A DNA stretch of 64,000 nucleotides from Amphiscolops sp. MND2022 (lineage: Eukaryota). The position numbers and the translations under genes were made by a program. Each line of letters starts with the position of its first letter. Within the stretch, counting starts at the first letter, position 1. The notes beneath the pieces are model-generated. The model made no database searches. It was not told where the DNA came from and worked only from the letters and a program-made list of their open reading frames with translations. This document shows, piece by piece, positions 12,401-25,590 of the stretch. Where the stretch lies: assembly GCA_964187785.1 (NCBI GenBank), contig OZ076409.1, forward strand, positions 62,746,001-62,810,000, in the 5' to 3' direction.

Positions 12401-15400
12401 AAGAAAATTGTTGAAAATGTCGATGAGGTCTCCAACCTGTCATCAATGAAAAGCAGTGGTGTGCTTCCAGTCATTCCAGTAATGATAGGGAGTGGGAGCA
12501 AAAGTCTGAAAACGTTTGCTTTGTGTGACGCTGGAGCAAGCCTATCCTTTGTGGACGAGAGCTTGATGAAAACGCTAAATCTGACGGGACAGCCAGTAGA
12601 TTTGAATGTTGCCGGGATTCACGGTACATCAGATATCAGTAGTAAACGACTTCGAGTAAAGATTGGAGATCAAAACGGAAGGATCAAAGAAGATATCATG
12701 GCCTATAGTCATCCCAACGTGAATGCAGGAAATCGAACGTACAACCTCAAGAAATTGGAAGAAACATATCCTCACTTGTCAGTTTTGAAGGATCCTACCA
12801 TCAACTCGGGAGAAGTGAAAGTCATCTTGGGCCAAGTTTGCTACCACTTGCATAGAGCAATCGACTATAGAAAGTGCGGAAACGCAAAGCCCTGAGCCGT
12901 GCGAACGAAATTGGGATGGATGCTCAGTGGACCGTTGCCCCAACATGAGACAGCAAAACTTGCCACTGAAAGCTTGGTTGCTGCAGATGTGGATCCATTA
13001 GCGGATCAAGTGAAAATTTGGTGGAGCATGGAATCGTATGCTCCCAACTGCAGCGCATCCGGAAGGTACAAGGAGGACGACAAGACGACAAGGCCCTCGA
13101 AATGCTCAAGGCAACCACAAAGTTCGATGGAGAGAGGTATGAGGTCGGACTACTTTGGAAAAATGCAAAGCCGCATTTGCAAATAACTACAGTTCAGCAG
13201 TAAGTCAACTGAAGTCTCTCGAGCGCCGACTGGAAAAGGATAAAAACTTGAAAGAACGCTACAAAGAGACAATTGATGTGGACGTACAAAAGGGATTTGT
13301 AAGAGTTCTGGACGAAGCAGAGCTTGAAAACACTAAATCAGACCTTCAGTGGTACCTTCCGCATATCCCTGTGCTGAACCCGAACAAGCCGGACAAAGTG
13401 AGACGAGTATGCAACGCTGCCTCAAAGTTCGGAGGCGTTTCACTAAACGATAATTTGATGGCCGGTCCAGACATCCTACAATCGCTCATTGGAATTATCT
13501 TCAGATTCAGGGAGAAACAAATTGCCTTGACAGCAGATGTCGAAGCGATGTTTCTCCAAGTGAAAGTACCCCCTGCGGATTGCAAAGTGCTCAAATTTTT
13601 GTGGAGAGAACACAACACCAAACCTATTTCCGTGTATGAATATGGAAGACACATTTTTGGAGCTAAGAGTTCGCCAACATGTGTCAACTATGCTTTGCAA
13701 CAAGTCGGACGAGACTGCAGAGATGAAAACGGGATGGTTGCAAATTTGATCAACAGAAAGTTCTATATGGACGATTTTGTGAAGTCAATTGCTTCAGAGG
13801 AAGAAGCTGGTGACGTGTACCGAAACTTGCGAAAATCCTTAGCGCATCGTGGATTTCAACTAATGAAATGTATTTCCAACTCCGAGAAAGTAATGCAAGA
13901 AATTTCTTCTGAAGATAGATCAGTCGCGCTCGGTAAAACTTTAGAAGCTGAACCCTTGGCGTCCTCTATATTAGGACTTCAATGGAATGTGAAGTCAGAT
14001 AGTCTTGAGATCTTCTGCGGTATGGGAAAAGAGGTGCCTGTCAAGATCACTCAGAGAATTGTTATAACACAAGTATCCTCTGTGTTTGACGCGTTGGGAT
14101 TGTTTTCCCCCTTCACAGTGAGAATGAGATTGTTGCTCAAAGGAATTTGGAAAAAGCATGGACAAGCGTGGAACGAAGAGTTATCTCCAGAAGACGAGAT
14201 GGCATTCAAGGATTGGACATCGGAGCTGAATCACATGAACGAAATGACTATCAGAAGAAAATATTTGTCGAAAATGCTGAAGTAATGGAATTGCATATTT
14301 TCTCCGATGCATCCCTGGACGTCATGTGCATAGTTGATTACCTTCGAGATCAACAAACCGGAGAGCTTGTCTATGTGGTAGGGAAATGCCGAGTAGCGCC
14401 AATGAAGCAACAATCAAAACCAAGATTAGAGCGTCAAGCAGCTATGTATGGGACCCGATTGAAACAGCTGATCGTAGATGAACACGACGTTGAAATTGAA
14501 CAAACCTTCTTTTGGACTGATTCGACAATTATGTTGCAATGGTTGCATGGAGCTGACAAGAAACAACCGGTGTTTGTTGCAAACAGAGTCGCTGAAATCC
14601 TTGACAGTTCAACCATTGATCAATGGAGACACGTCGAAGGAACCAAAAACCCTGCCGACATTGGAACAAGAGGGAAATCTGTTCTTGAACTAGAAAAGAG
14701 TGAGTGGTTCACAGGGCCGGCGTGGCTTCAACAGAAAGAAGATGATTGGCCACAAACCTCACCACAGTTGTTTCAGCAAAAAACAGAAGACATAGATCAA
14801 GTCTTTGAAGTCGTGTCAGAAGAAAAGGACATTGATTGGGAGAAATTCAGTTCGTTCAGACGAATGACCCGGATCTTCGCATATTGCCTTCGATTCAGTT
14901 CAAAAATCAAAGGAAGTGTAGTAAAGCCAGAAAAAATGCAGCAAGTGATCCGACTGTTACTAAGGAAAAGCCAGATGGAAAGCTTCGGTCAAACTTATCA
15001 AGCATTGGCCGCAGGTAAACCCATGGCTGCGTCTGATCACTTGAACAAACTGTCACCATTTATGGACGATCAGAACCTAATGCGATTAAAAGGACGTCTA
15101 CCTCATGCTGATGCGAGTTATGAAATGAAACATCCAATTTTGCTATCTGCGAAGCATCCTATAGTGAGGAAATTGATTGAAGATGCGCATGAAAGTAACT
15201 ACCATGAAGGAACGGAGTATGTCCGCAGCATTTTGCAGCAAAAATATTGGGTAATTGGACTCCGAAACGCGCTCAGAAATGTGAAGTGGAAGTGTGTTAA
15301 GTGCAGAAAGCAACAAGTTGGAGGAGTTCAACCTTTCATGGCAGACCTACCTAAAGAAAGATTGGAAGAAAGAGTTTTCCCTTTTGCCAACACTGGAGTA

Positions 15401-16284
15401 GACTACTTTGGACCATTCGAAGTGAGATTCATGAGGAAATCAATGAAACGATGGTGTTGCCTGTTCACGTGTTTAACAACAAGAACTGTGCATATTGAAG
15501 TCGTGCCCATCCTGGAAGCCGACGCATGTCTTGCTGCAATTACGAAATTCATCGCTCGAAGAGGAAAACCGAATATCATTCTAAGTGATAATGGAATAAA
15601 TTTCGTGGGCGCAGCTAGAGAAACGCGAGAATGGATAGAAGCTTGGAATCAATCAGATATTGAGCAGTCTTTGGCTCAAAAGCAAATAAAATGGAAGTTC
15701 AACCCCCAGGTGCGCCGCATTTTGGAGGTGATTGGGAGCGAATGGTCAGAAGCTGCAAGAAAGCTATGATGGCAATAGTGGGAAACAGAACACTGACAGG
15801 TGATGTATTATCCACAACAATGTATCTAGTTCAGCAGATATTGAATTCGAGACCTCTGACTAGTGTCAGTGATGATCCTGAAGATTTGGAAGCTTTGACT
15901 CCAAATCACTTCCTGCTAGGACGTGCAAGTCCAGCAACCCCATTCATTCCTGACGCTCAGCGTTATACCGATCTGAGAAAAGTATTCAGAGTATCACAAG
16001 CATACACAGACATAATTTGGAGCAGATGGAATAGAGAGTATTTGTCACAATGGAATGAGAAATCTAAATGGAATAAAGAAGAAGTTCGACAACTGGAAGT
16101 CAATGATTTGGTTTGGATAGTGGATGAAAATGTCGAAAGAGCACAATACAAGATAGGCGGAGTGTTCGAAACCTATCATGGATGGCGATGGGCGAGTGAG
16201 ATCAGCGCTTGTGAAAAGTGAAGATGGAAAACTGAAACAACCAGTAGTGAAACTGGCACCCATGTTCTACGAAAGTGTTTTTCA
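12401..16284 (+). pseudogene. pol: BEL pol (PR-RT-RNase H-IN), frameshifted
   Basis: ALCDAGAS; WYLPHIPVLNPNKPDKVRRV; FYMDD; LHIFSDAS..VAPMK; WTDS; GVDYFGP; SDNG; GGDWERMV; LTPNHFLLG. Confidence 0.95.
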
Positions 16285-16305
16285 GGAGAAAAACAGGGCC
16301 GGCAA

Positions 16306-17252
16306 TGTTGGCGCCAGTCAATTGCGAGATCAGAAACTCAAATTCGAACGTGACTGATGAAACTTACAACTCAAAACACTTAGAAACTTTGTCAAGATTT
16401 GAGTTGGAAAATTCCAAGTTTCAGCAGAAATATGCCTGAGGGAAAAACACCACACCCCTTTTTTGAGAAGCACTTGTCCAATGACCCTGAAACTTAGCAT
16501 GCATATACTAGAGCTGCTAACTAAAGTTTTCACTCGAACCACCCTACCTCGTATCTCCCCTGGGTTCAGAACAATTACCACCCAAAGTGACCTAGGTCGG
16601 ACCCCATGAAAACCCAATTTTGATGTATTAATTATTATGTGATTTTCTCATAAGACCTTGAAGGAAATGTAACTGTGTTAAAATTTATTATATTTAAATT
16701 GTGTAAACACACTTTCAAGCCCACCTAACCAACATGCCAAAACCGCCACATAGTTTGTTTACTTAGCCAATAACTTCATTTTACGCTTTAAATGTCATTA
16801 ATTTATACAAATTATTTCAACTGATATTTGCCTATATTTACTGTAGAATTGTAAACCACATTTATACCATTATTAGAGATAGGTTTTCTTCACGGATTAG
16901 CTACAGTTAAGCTGGGTCTTAGGACCAAAAGATTAGTTAATCAACTTCTCAATCTTCACAACTTTTCGCTAGAGTTAGAGCGACTAAGTACCTACTCTCG
17001 TAGTTGGATAGCCGGAGCGCGTGATGATACAGAGAAGGAAGTTTGTACTGGATCACATCGGATCCACCCTAGTGCAAAGAGGAATCGCAGGCGATTCCAC
17101 GGGTCATACCGGACCCACTAGCTAAAATATACAGTCCTTTAAAACACGAAACCAGGACTTGTTTAGTGACTGTCCACAGCACTAAGCAACGGATCAGGGC
17201 GGCGTAAAGCTTGTCAAGACTCAGCGCAGGATAAGGGCAAGCAGCCGTTACA
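16306..17252 (+). repeat. BEL 3' LTR
   Basis: Copy of 8638-9586, preceded by purine-rich GGAGAAAAACAGGGCCGGCAA. Confidence 0.95.
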
Positions 17253-17479
17253 AAATTCTTAGCGTGAAGGATGACGCAGTAGTGGAGGATATCAAGCGTT
17301 TTTACAAAAAATTAGCTACCTTAACTCACCCTGACGCTGGCGGTTGTGAGGATTACTTCAAAACAATTCGTAGAGCCTATCTCGTTCTGAGTAACCAGAA
17401 AGCAAGAAACATATACAACACATTCAGGTTAGAGAGGGCAGAAGAAAAGTCAACCCTGGGGGCTAATTGGAGAGACTAA
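17253..17479 (+). pseudogene. 3' part of J-domain ORF 1
   Basis: LSVKDDAVVEDIKRFYKKLATLTHPDAGGCEDYFKTIRRAYLVLSNQKARNIYN: J-domain helices with the HPD motif. Confidence 0.85.
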
Positions 17480-17829
17480 CTGAATACTGCTAATTTTATG
17501 ATACATTATACTTTTGATTTTTTTAAAAAATGAAAAGGACTCAGACAAAGTTGTCTAGATGGGAGTCACCTAGAAAGGGGGTAATTAAAGTGTGATTACT
17601 TTAAAAAACTAAAGACACGGTGAGAGTCACCTGTTAATTGCATCATCAATTGATGATGAACATGTCGATTTTGACAAAGTCCAGTTCTAGCGGGTATCGC
17701 TTGGCACCGTCTCAGTTGCTTGCGGTGGTGCAGTAACTATACTTCTATACTCAATTGTAGTGCCGATTTTGGTGTTTAGGCACGCGTTTTTTAGTTGCGG
17801 ACATCGTCTATTACCTGCCTGAGGTTTGT

Positions 17830-18543
17830 GTGGTGAAGCCTCAGATGCCTTCTGGATGGTTCCGGGTGGAAGGCCTAGTCAGCAAAACTCGGAAAGTTGC
17901 GACAGCTGACACCCTCTATCCAGTGGCGCTCGTTAGGAGAGCTGAGATTGACGAGGAAGGACTGCCAGTACTGCGAAACAAAAATGCTGAACTGATGACG
18001 GAACGGCAACCTCTTGTTTTTATGCTGGATGCTCTAATATCTGGGATCCTCAGTTTGCAGAAGGAAGCAGACATCCTTGACGGCCAACCACAGTTCTGAA
18101 ACAAGAGAGCAAATCAGTGGCAACAATTTTTGACTGGGTACAAGGCAACTTCGAAGAAATTGAGGCGACAAGTGGACAGCATAGAGGCTGACTATGCCGC
18201 ACCGATAACGGAATTAGAGGAGAGGCGCAGTCGAGAACATAACTAGTGGAGCTGCAGTTGCAAGGCGAAGCTATCAGTGGTCTCAAGTTGAAGCTGGAAG
18301 CCTTCAAAAAAAGGCGACAAGCTGTTGCTGTACAATTATTTTATGGTGTCGTCCAATGTTTCAGTCAAAGCCATTGCAAAACGATTCATAAAACTAAGCC
18401 TGCTCTGCCACCCAGACCATGGAGGCTCCCACGACGTGTTTGTTTGGCTTCAGAGGGCCCACTGGATAGTAAGTGACACCGAGGCAAGACTCCGCTACGA
18501 AGCTGAGGAATGTGAGGCAGCTGAGGAGTTTCTCAGTTGTTAA
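17830..18543 (+). pseudogene. Coiled-coil + J-domain ORF 2 (disrupted)
   Basis: Heptad-like segments, then VSVKAIAKRFIKLSLLCHPDHGGSHDVFVWLQRAHWIVSDTEARLRYE. Confidence 0.8.
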
Positions 18544-18630
18544 AACAACAGTAAAGACTAAGGTTTTGCGTGAATTTGATGTTTGTTCGTTTCTTTGTCT
18601 GCGAATAACTTTTAATATAGAGGGGGGCAA

Positions 18631-19071
18631 TATAGGAAACCTATATAAAGACTTTTCGAAACTTTTAAAATGACAAAACGTCAAACGTTCGACCAGATTT
18701 ACGATGAGAAACAAATAATTGTTATCAGACACAACAAAACAAGGCTTGTCGGGGTTTGACAATCCTAGGTCAACCGACTGTCGGGGTTCGACAGTAAAAT
18801 ATCCAAAGTAAATAAGCAACTGTCGGGTTTCGACGGATCGCATTGAGAAATATAAAAACTCTCAGATAACAGCGGGCTTCGCCAGACTATCACAAAGATA
18901 AAGCGTATATAAGCGATATGAGAATTTGGCCATTTGATTTTGGCCTTCTATCAAGTTCACTGAGCTATATCATATCTCACACTGATAACGTTTACAAATT
19001 AAAATAAACACATCTTCTAAACATTGAATTGATTCTTTTCGAATCTACGTTTTCATACAGAGGACGTTACA
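18631..19071 (+). repeat. Probable 3' LTR of Gypsy-A
   Basis: PPT AGAGGGGGGCAA at 18619-18630; starts TATAG (possibly TG mutated); TATATAA ~18906; AATAAA ~19003; ends GTTACA. The partner LTR is not in the window. Confidence 0.6.
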
Positions 19072-19078
19072 GTACTAT

Positions 19079-19480
19079 TTGTTTCATAATGACACTGTTG
19101 CAGAAAACGTTTCGTTAACCGCATCAGGTCCACGGGTGTCCATGGTGCGCTTGAATGGTTTGGCGAATGTGTACAAGGAGGGTACACCACTGAGACATGT
19201 ATTTTCATTACCAAGTAGCTGCTATGAAGGAATCACACGATGTGCAAATCCATTGAAATAGCAGCTGATAATTTGTCTTATGTCGATCCACCACCGGTTG
19301 ACAAAATCATATAACACCTTCATCAAATTGGCCTTCACAAACGAGTTTTCCCTGTGTGATGGTAGATGGTTTAGACATATTGATGGGGTTGCAATGAATC
19401 CAATGGATCCAACGCATACCCTCATTCTCGCTAAAATGTGGAAGTACAGTTCTGAGAAAGCGATTGCCGTAGACGTGCCC
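19079..19480 (+). pseudogene. Penelope-like element RT fragment
   Basis: RLNGLANVYKEGTPLRHVFSLPSSCY and KLAFTNEFSLCDGRWFRHIDGVAM resemble PLE RT motifs (LYGLPKVHK..PLRPI; Q.DGLAMG). Confidence 0.7.
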
Positions 19481-19567
19481 ATGGACAACGAGAAAAATGC
19501 CCTGTGTTCATTTTCACTTGAAGTACCGTACAGATAACATATCACATGGGTATGTTTTCAGGAATTA

Positions 19568-20543
19568 GGTCCAGTTTGTAGTATGCCAATGCAGAAATCT
19601 ACAAACTGGTCCTAGACGTTCCAGTTTGCAGAATTTTACAAAACTGATAGTTAAAATCTACAAACTGGACATTCTTCAAACAAGATCCTTAGAGCTCCAC
19701 CGCCTAAGATCCTGCACCTAAGATCTAAAGGAATAAAATCTAAAAACTGAAATGTGGGGCATATCCGGTGTATGCTCGCTCGCCCTCACCGTCGCAAAGA
19801 CCATCTCCCACTACGATCGCTTCGCGATCTCCATTCCCGCTAGGTCTTTGCTCCTGTTGGACCTCACTCATTGAGAAGGGAACAAAAGCGGCCCCAAGGG
19901 GCCGCAGGGCACTAGAGGAACTGAGGACATATCCGAGGCTCGTTTTATACTTTGCATCATTTCTACATTGTTGGTCTTATTGTTTTTTTCAATTCTTGAA
20001 ATTTACAAACTGGTAATCTACAAACTGGTTTTTTGAAAACTCTTTTGAAAATCGTGAAGATTGTGACAACAAAAGTCATCGATATGTGTCTCGATTCCAA
20101 AAAACCAGTAGTTGTGTGAAGATAAGATTTTACAACACATACAAGAAACCTAAGACTCAAAACGGACTCTTGATATGTGTGAGCACGAGGAAATATTTAT
20201 TGAATGGTCTTTTTCTTGTTCTCTTTTAAAACAAAAGATACTCTTCTGATGAATTGTTGAAATGAAGTCACATTTTTTCGGCCTTTACGTGTTTGAAGAG
20301 GCACGTTTTGTACTTTCCATCAATCCTACATTTTGGTCTTATTTTTTTTATTCCATTCCAGAAATCTACAAACTGGTATTCTGCAAAGTGGACCTAACAA
20401 GTTTGTAGAAAACCAGTTTGTAGCAACCAGTTTGAAGAAAACAATTCTACCAACCACCGTTTCTACAATTTACTAAAATTCAAAATACCGTTACCTCACG
20501 TTTCTACAAACTCGATTTTACAAATTGATTTTCAACAAACTGT
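19568..20543 (+). mobile_element. Non-autonomous repeat family rich in CCAGTTTGTAG/CTACAAACTGG inverted motifs (copy 1)
   Basis: Homologous to ~21934-23040 (+) and ~31013-32725 (-). Shares the ~100-bp CGCTCGCCCTCACCGTCGCAAAGACC module. Confidence 0.75.
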
Positions 20544-21933
20544 TTACAGGGTGCCATAATACGGTCGAATTCCTATCGTCGATTTTGAAGCTTTGTCGTA
20601 GCAACGAAGTCCCATTTTTGAAAGACTTTTTTGTCGAAGCAATTGCGTCGATGTAAGTGGTAAGTCACCAAAAATACATTTGAGTCGCAAATACCAATGT
20701 TTTTGGTCCTCGGATATGCCCCCATTTCTTGTAGTGCCCCGCGGCCCATTGGAGCCGCTTATATTCCCATCGTGATAGGAGAGGTCGAACAGGAGCAAAG
20801 ATCTAGCGGGATAGGAGATCGCGAAGCAATCGTAGATGGAGCTGGTCCTTGAGGCGGTGAAGGCGAGCGTTCATACACCGTATCTGACCTCATATTAGGT
20901 GGGAATGGCTTGTTTGGTGTAGTTAGTAGCGGTCATATCAGTCATTTTAATCTGAAACAAACAGTAAAATTTCGACTGAAATTCGACATAATTTCAACAT
21001 TATTTCGACATTGGTTGTTCGACTAGATTCGACTTTGTTCTTCGACTCTAATAATTTGACGTTAGGAATTCGACATGTCGAAATTCGACGCTATTGACGC
21101 AAGCCACGGACTCATTCCGTTATCTAATGCGAATTCTCAGATAATGATTACTTTGAGCTATTTGGGCATGGACAGCAGTCAGGTGAAAGAAGAGGAGGGA
21201 GATGTTCGTACATGTGGTTGCAGTGAAAGCCCCCCACAAAATAAAAAGTCTTCCCGAGGTACGTGGACGACCTGATTTGACCTGTAAAGATAGAAAATGA
21301 TACTTTGTTGATAACAATTGCAAACAAATTGCACACGAATTTGCTGTTCCCGTTTGAGAAAGATGAGGAGCAGTACATTTTCCCCCGAAAATGCTTGAAG
21401 ACAACAGACAGCAGTCTCGTGTTGTCTTTCCATAGCTGTGCCTCTACGATTTTTAAACGCGATATCTTCGACAGCATTATCCAACGCATTTACTAGGCAT
21501 CATAACATCCATTTGAAGTGCCTTCACAAGGGGCATTGAGAAACACTGTCAGTAAGATCTTGGCAGGCGACAATCGTAATGAGCCAATGCAGCCTCATCA
21601 AAAGAGGCAATGTGATGTGAAGAAGCCTGTTTTCACGCTACAATACTGAGGACGCGTGAGTAGAAGATTTGGAATAAAGCAAGCTTCGAATTTTTGAAGT
21701 TACAGCCAAAGTCACAACTAGAAAGCGACGCAGATGTCACTTTTCCTCGAAGTACAGATTTCCAGAAAAGTTCAAAAGTAATGTGGAGTTCCGTATCGAT
21801 TGTCCAGGATGTACATCCTGCTACGTCGGGCAAGTCACCCGCCTTTTAACCACAAGGGCTAGTTAAAATATTCGGGGATCTGCTCCTCTCGGTCAATGTT
21901 TTGCGTAGTGGGCGCGAACGTGATGAGAATTAG

Positions 21934-23040
21934 ATCCAGTTTGCAGAATACCAGTTTGTAGAATTTAACAAACTGGTCCTAGGTGGTCCAGTTTGTAGAT
22001 TTGTTTTTACAAACTGGATCATTAAGTTCAACCAACTGGACATCCTTCACACAAGACCCTGAGAGATCCACCGCCTGTGATCCATCGCCTAAGATCTGAA
22101 GAAATAAGATCTAAAAACTGAAAAGTGGGGCATATCTGGTGTTTGCGCGCTCGCCCTCATCGTCGCAAAGACCACATTCGCGATCTCCATTCCAGCTAGG
22201 TCTTTGCTCCTGTTCGACCTCAGTTATTGAGATGGTAACATAAGCAGCTCTAAGGGGCCGCGGGGCACTAGAGCAAATGAAGACATATCCGAGGCACGTT
22301 TTATACTTTGCATCATTCTTACATTGTTCGTCTTGTTAATTTCATTCAGTTCCCGAATTTCACAAACTGGTAATCTACAAACGGATTTTTTATAAACTGG
22401 TTTGAAAATCGTGAAGTTTGTGACAACAAAAGTCTTCGATACGTGTCTCGATTTCAACAAAGAAGTAGTTCTGTGAAGATAAGCTTTTACAACACATACA
22501 TGGAATCTAATATCCCATACGGACTCTTGATATGTGTGTGCACAAAGAGATATTTACTGAACGATCTTTTTCTTGTTCAGAAAAAGTCTCCGTGTTTTTA
22601 GTCGGCGCCTTTTCCCTTAAGGAAAAAAGCCCGACTCTTACAGTGAGTAGTTTTTTTTTCAGTTGACAATCTCACTCTGAGTGGTCCACTTTTCTTACAA
22701 TTTTTGTTCATCTTTCGTATTTGTTCATCTTTCATCTTCGACCCAGCCGGAGAGCGTGGGTTCGAATCCCGCACTAAACCATAAATTTTTTAATGAGTTT
22801 TTCGGCATTGTGCGACCTAAAAAATACTTTTTTTCGAAAAAAAATCAAAAATTTTTTTTTGAAAAAAATTTTTTTTCCAAATTTTTCCAATAGTTGTTCC
22901 TTGAATATTTTTGAGCCTAAGATATGGCGCCGACTTGGGACGTTCCCGTCTTGTTTGTTGAAACAGAAGGTAATTTTCTAATGAATTGTTGAAATGAAGC
23001 CACATCACGAACGAATGTTTCCGACGTTTACGTGTTTGAA
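21934..23040 (+). mobile_element. Same repeat family, copy 2, interrupted by a Helentron-type element
   Basis: Colinear with 19568-20300; host sequence resumes after 22955. Confidence 0.75.
22579..22955 (+). mobile_element. Non-autonomous Helentron-type (HINE/DINE-1-like) element
   Basis: Sub-terminal inverted repeat AGTCGGCGCC (22600) with nearby partial IR GCCCGACT; GGCGCCGACT (22926), short hairpin and TTGTT end; no TSD. Confidence 0.7.
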
Positions 23041-23059
23041 CTATTGAAGTTCGCCGTGC

Positions 23060-24789
23060 ATACAAATAGAAAAAGTCAACTGTTTCCGTTCCGGAAGTCA
23101 ACGAAAAAATAACTCTGACTACGGAACAAACGTTTCGATCACTTCTGAAGGAGAAAAAGAACTTACATACCGTATTGAACACGAGTCTAGTCAAATGAAC
23201 TCTGTTTTCAATTCTTTATATGTGAAGGTCAAAATCGAGGATACTTTTCTCATTGGCAAGAGAAAAGATGACACTCGGCGCCTCCGATCAAATAGATCTT
23301 TTTAGAGCACATTTGAAACAAGGTTATTTCTTGCAAAGCATACCAGTTAAAGACGTTTAACATGCCCGTAGTCATCTCGAAATCGTTATCCACTGCAGAA
23401 CAAGTGCAAATGATAAAACTATTGAAAAACCGCAACGAAATTTCAACTAATGAAAGTATTGTTAAAAAACTTTTTCATGGACCCAATGAAATTAAAATCA
23501 ACGAACCACCATCCTATTTGCGTTTATTATTGCCTAAAGTCTAATATCTGCATAACAACGTTATACGCTGGACCTCTATCTTTAACAAACTCAACCTGCC
23601 GTAATATTTGTAACTGAAACCTGGCTTTACAACAATATTGAAGATGATGAGTTCTTTCAATTTTCGAAATATAGACTAATTGATAGAAATGATAGAAGTT
23701 CTGGTGCACATGGTGATATATTAGTTGCCCTTGTTAAAAACTTCCGACTAAAAGTCACCCACAAAGTTCAATACGACGATTTCAGTTGTGCTTGTATACT
23801 TCAACATGGATACAAATACGCATCTTTTTTTCTTATATACAACCAGTCAGCAACATCCGACTATTGCTTTGGTCTCGATCATATAATGTTCTCTTCTGAG
23901 TTTCACTTGGAGCAATTACGAACGAATGCACCCTCAAATCAGCTTGAACTTTTTGTGCTAGGAGATTTAAACACCTACAGCCTTCGACACTATCTCCAAC
24001 TATGAACATTCAATCTTCTCGTTTTTGAACAACTGATTAGCGATGATGGTCGAATTTCCTACACATAAGTCAGGTACATTGATCCTTCCTGTATTGGAAC
24101 TAATCTTCACAAACTCAACACTTATCCCTCGTCTTCGTTTTACTCGGATCATTATGCAATCGTTGGCGAGTTCGTTCGCCATAAAGACCCACAAAATGTT
24201 AGTCACCCTCCTTCTCACGTAGCAGTGTTAACAAGGAATTTTTCAGTTTCTTGATAAACTCTCTCTACAAAAGCTCGGTTTTTTAAAGTGAATAATAAAC
24301 CACATTCTATCCTGCCGTCCCCTCTGTTGCTGGAATGAGTCAAAACGACGCATGAAAGTTCCTTCTTATTGTTAGTCGCATTCAATACATATTTGTAACA
24401 AAATAAAAACAGTAAAATCCAAACCGAACATGCCACTTTATCTTTTGGCGAAGCTGAAAATGATCTCATCGTCAATGTAAGCCTAGACAGAACTTTGATG
24501 TTCAACGAAATGCAAACAAACTTCAACTCAGCATTTAAATAACTTCAAAGATTTCGAAGGAATGCAGATATTACCTCATCTGTCTCCTTCAAAAAAATTG
24601 CTCACTCAGGTAATGGCATCGCGAAATTATTCAATAAAGACTTCTTTATCTTTGCAACTCAGTCCATCTTGGTACCTACAGTTGAAAAGTCTTTTTTCGG
24701 CCTTGCAGACGTCGTCATCCTTCCTTCAACAGCTTTTGAACTTCCTGGTGAATGCAAAATCTTATTGCGTGCTGACCCTGTTCCACCAT
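23060..24789 (+). pseudogene. Decayed LINE: ORF1 end plus APE endonuclease region
   Basis: VISKSLSTAEQ..KLLKNR (like LINE-B ORF1 end); FVTETWL; FVLGDLN; EFPTHKSG; YSDHYAI. Confidence 0.7.
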
Positions 24790-25092
24790 TCATCCGGTCA
24801 ACTGGTCGGCTTCCAGCCATCTAAGTCTGACACCCCGCTCGGCTGAAAGTTCTTTCGTATGCTATATCGTCTTGAGTCTGCCCAGTCTTCTTGTGAATAA
24901 GTCCACCATGTTTTCAGCTGAAAAGAGTTCAAGTGAAATCTTTTCTCGCTGCACTTGTCCGTGTCCTTGAGGGACGCTAGGCGCTTGGCGAAGTGTTTCG
25001 CTTGTAGCTACCATCATTCTTGGAGCCCAGTGACAGGCACAATTTGCAGGCGCTAAGAATAGTTGTTTCTTTCGTCTCGCCAATGCACTCCA

Positions 25093-25590
25093 TTGTTAAT
25101 CGGCGCTTTTCTAGAGAAAAGTGCCCGACTCTTACAGTGGCTAGTTTTTTTTCTTCTTTTTTCGTCAGACTACAATCTCACTCTGATTGGGCCACTTTTC
25201 TTACAATCGAAACTACTAAAACTACTAGCATAAGGCCGAGTCCGGTCAGCGGAAATTAGTGCAAAAGGGTCCCCCTTTTCATGTTTCACTATTTTACCGT
25301 AGCCTACAAAACCGGACGAGACTAAAGGGTCCACCTTACAATTTTTTTCGGCATTGTGCGACTTTTTTTCAAAATTTTTTTATTGTATCAAAAGAGTCCC
25401 CCTTTCGAGTTTCTGATATTTTGCAACAAAATATATGTTGATGAAGCCCAAAGGGTCCCCCCTTTTACATTTATCGGCACTATGCCACTTTTTCTGAAAG
25501 AAAAAATAGTCAAAAAGTTTTTTGAAAAAAATTTTTTTGCGCTTCTTGAGCCTTAGATATAGCGCCGACTTTAGACGTTCCCGTCTTGTT
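25093..25590 (+). mobile_element. Helentron-type non-autonomous element inserted in Copia RNase H
   Basis: AATCGGCGC...GCGCCGACT, hairpin GACGTTCCCGTC and TTGTT end; internal AAAGGGTCCCCCTTT repeats. Confidence 0.7.

Larger units (their letters stand above)
8638..17252 (+). mobile_element. Full-length, decayed BEL/Pao LTR retrotransposon
   Basis: Paired TG...CA LTRs; 5-bp TSD CAATT (8633-8637) / AAATT (17253-17257); Pao-type gag, protease, RT, RNase H and integrase. Confidence 0.95.
1..19071 (+). mobile_element. Gypsy-A: decayed Ty3/Gypsy LTR retrotransposon (gag end, pol, env-like, two J-domain ORFs, 3' LTR); 5' end lies outside the window
   Basis: Order is zinc knuckles, PR, RT, RNase H, IN remnant, glycoprotein, J-domain ORFs, PPT and LTR-like end. 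Interrupted by the BEL element 8638-17252. Confidence 0.75.

Noticed and set aside
17264..17479. Intact host dnaJ gene
   Set aside because: Only the 3' part of a J-domain, cut by a BEL insertion and embedded in retroelement sequence; no G/F or zinc-finger regions.
17571..17600. PPT (AGAAAGGGGG) and LTR start for Gypsy-A
   Set aside because: It is followed by another coding remnant; the tract at 18619 with a TATA/polyA/CA-ended segment fits better. Not fully excluded.
21075..21900. DNA transposase remnant flanked by TTCGAC repeats
   Set aside because: No catalytic motif could be recognised with confidence.
22744..22780. tRNA gene
   Set aside because: Only a T-arm/B-box-like fragment inside a repeat; no D-arm or acceptor stem.
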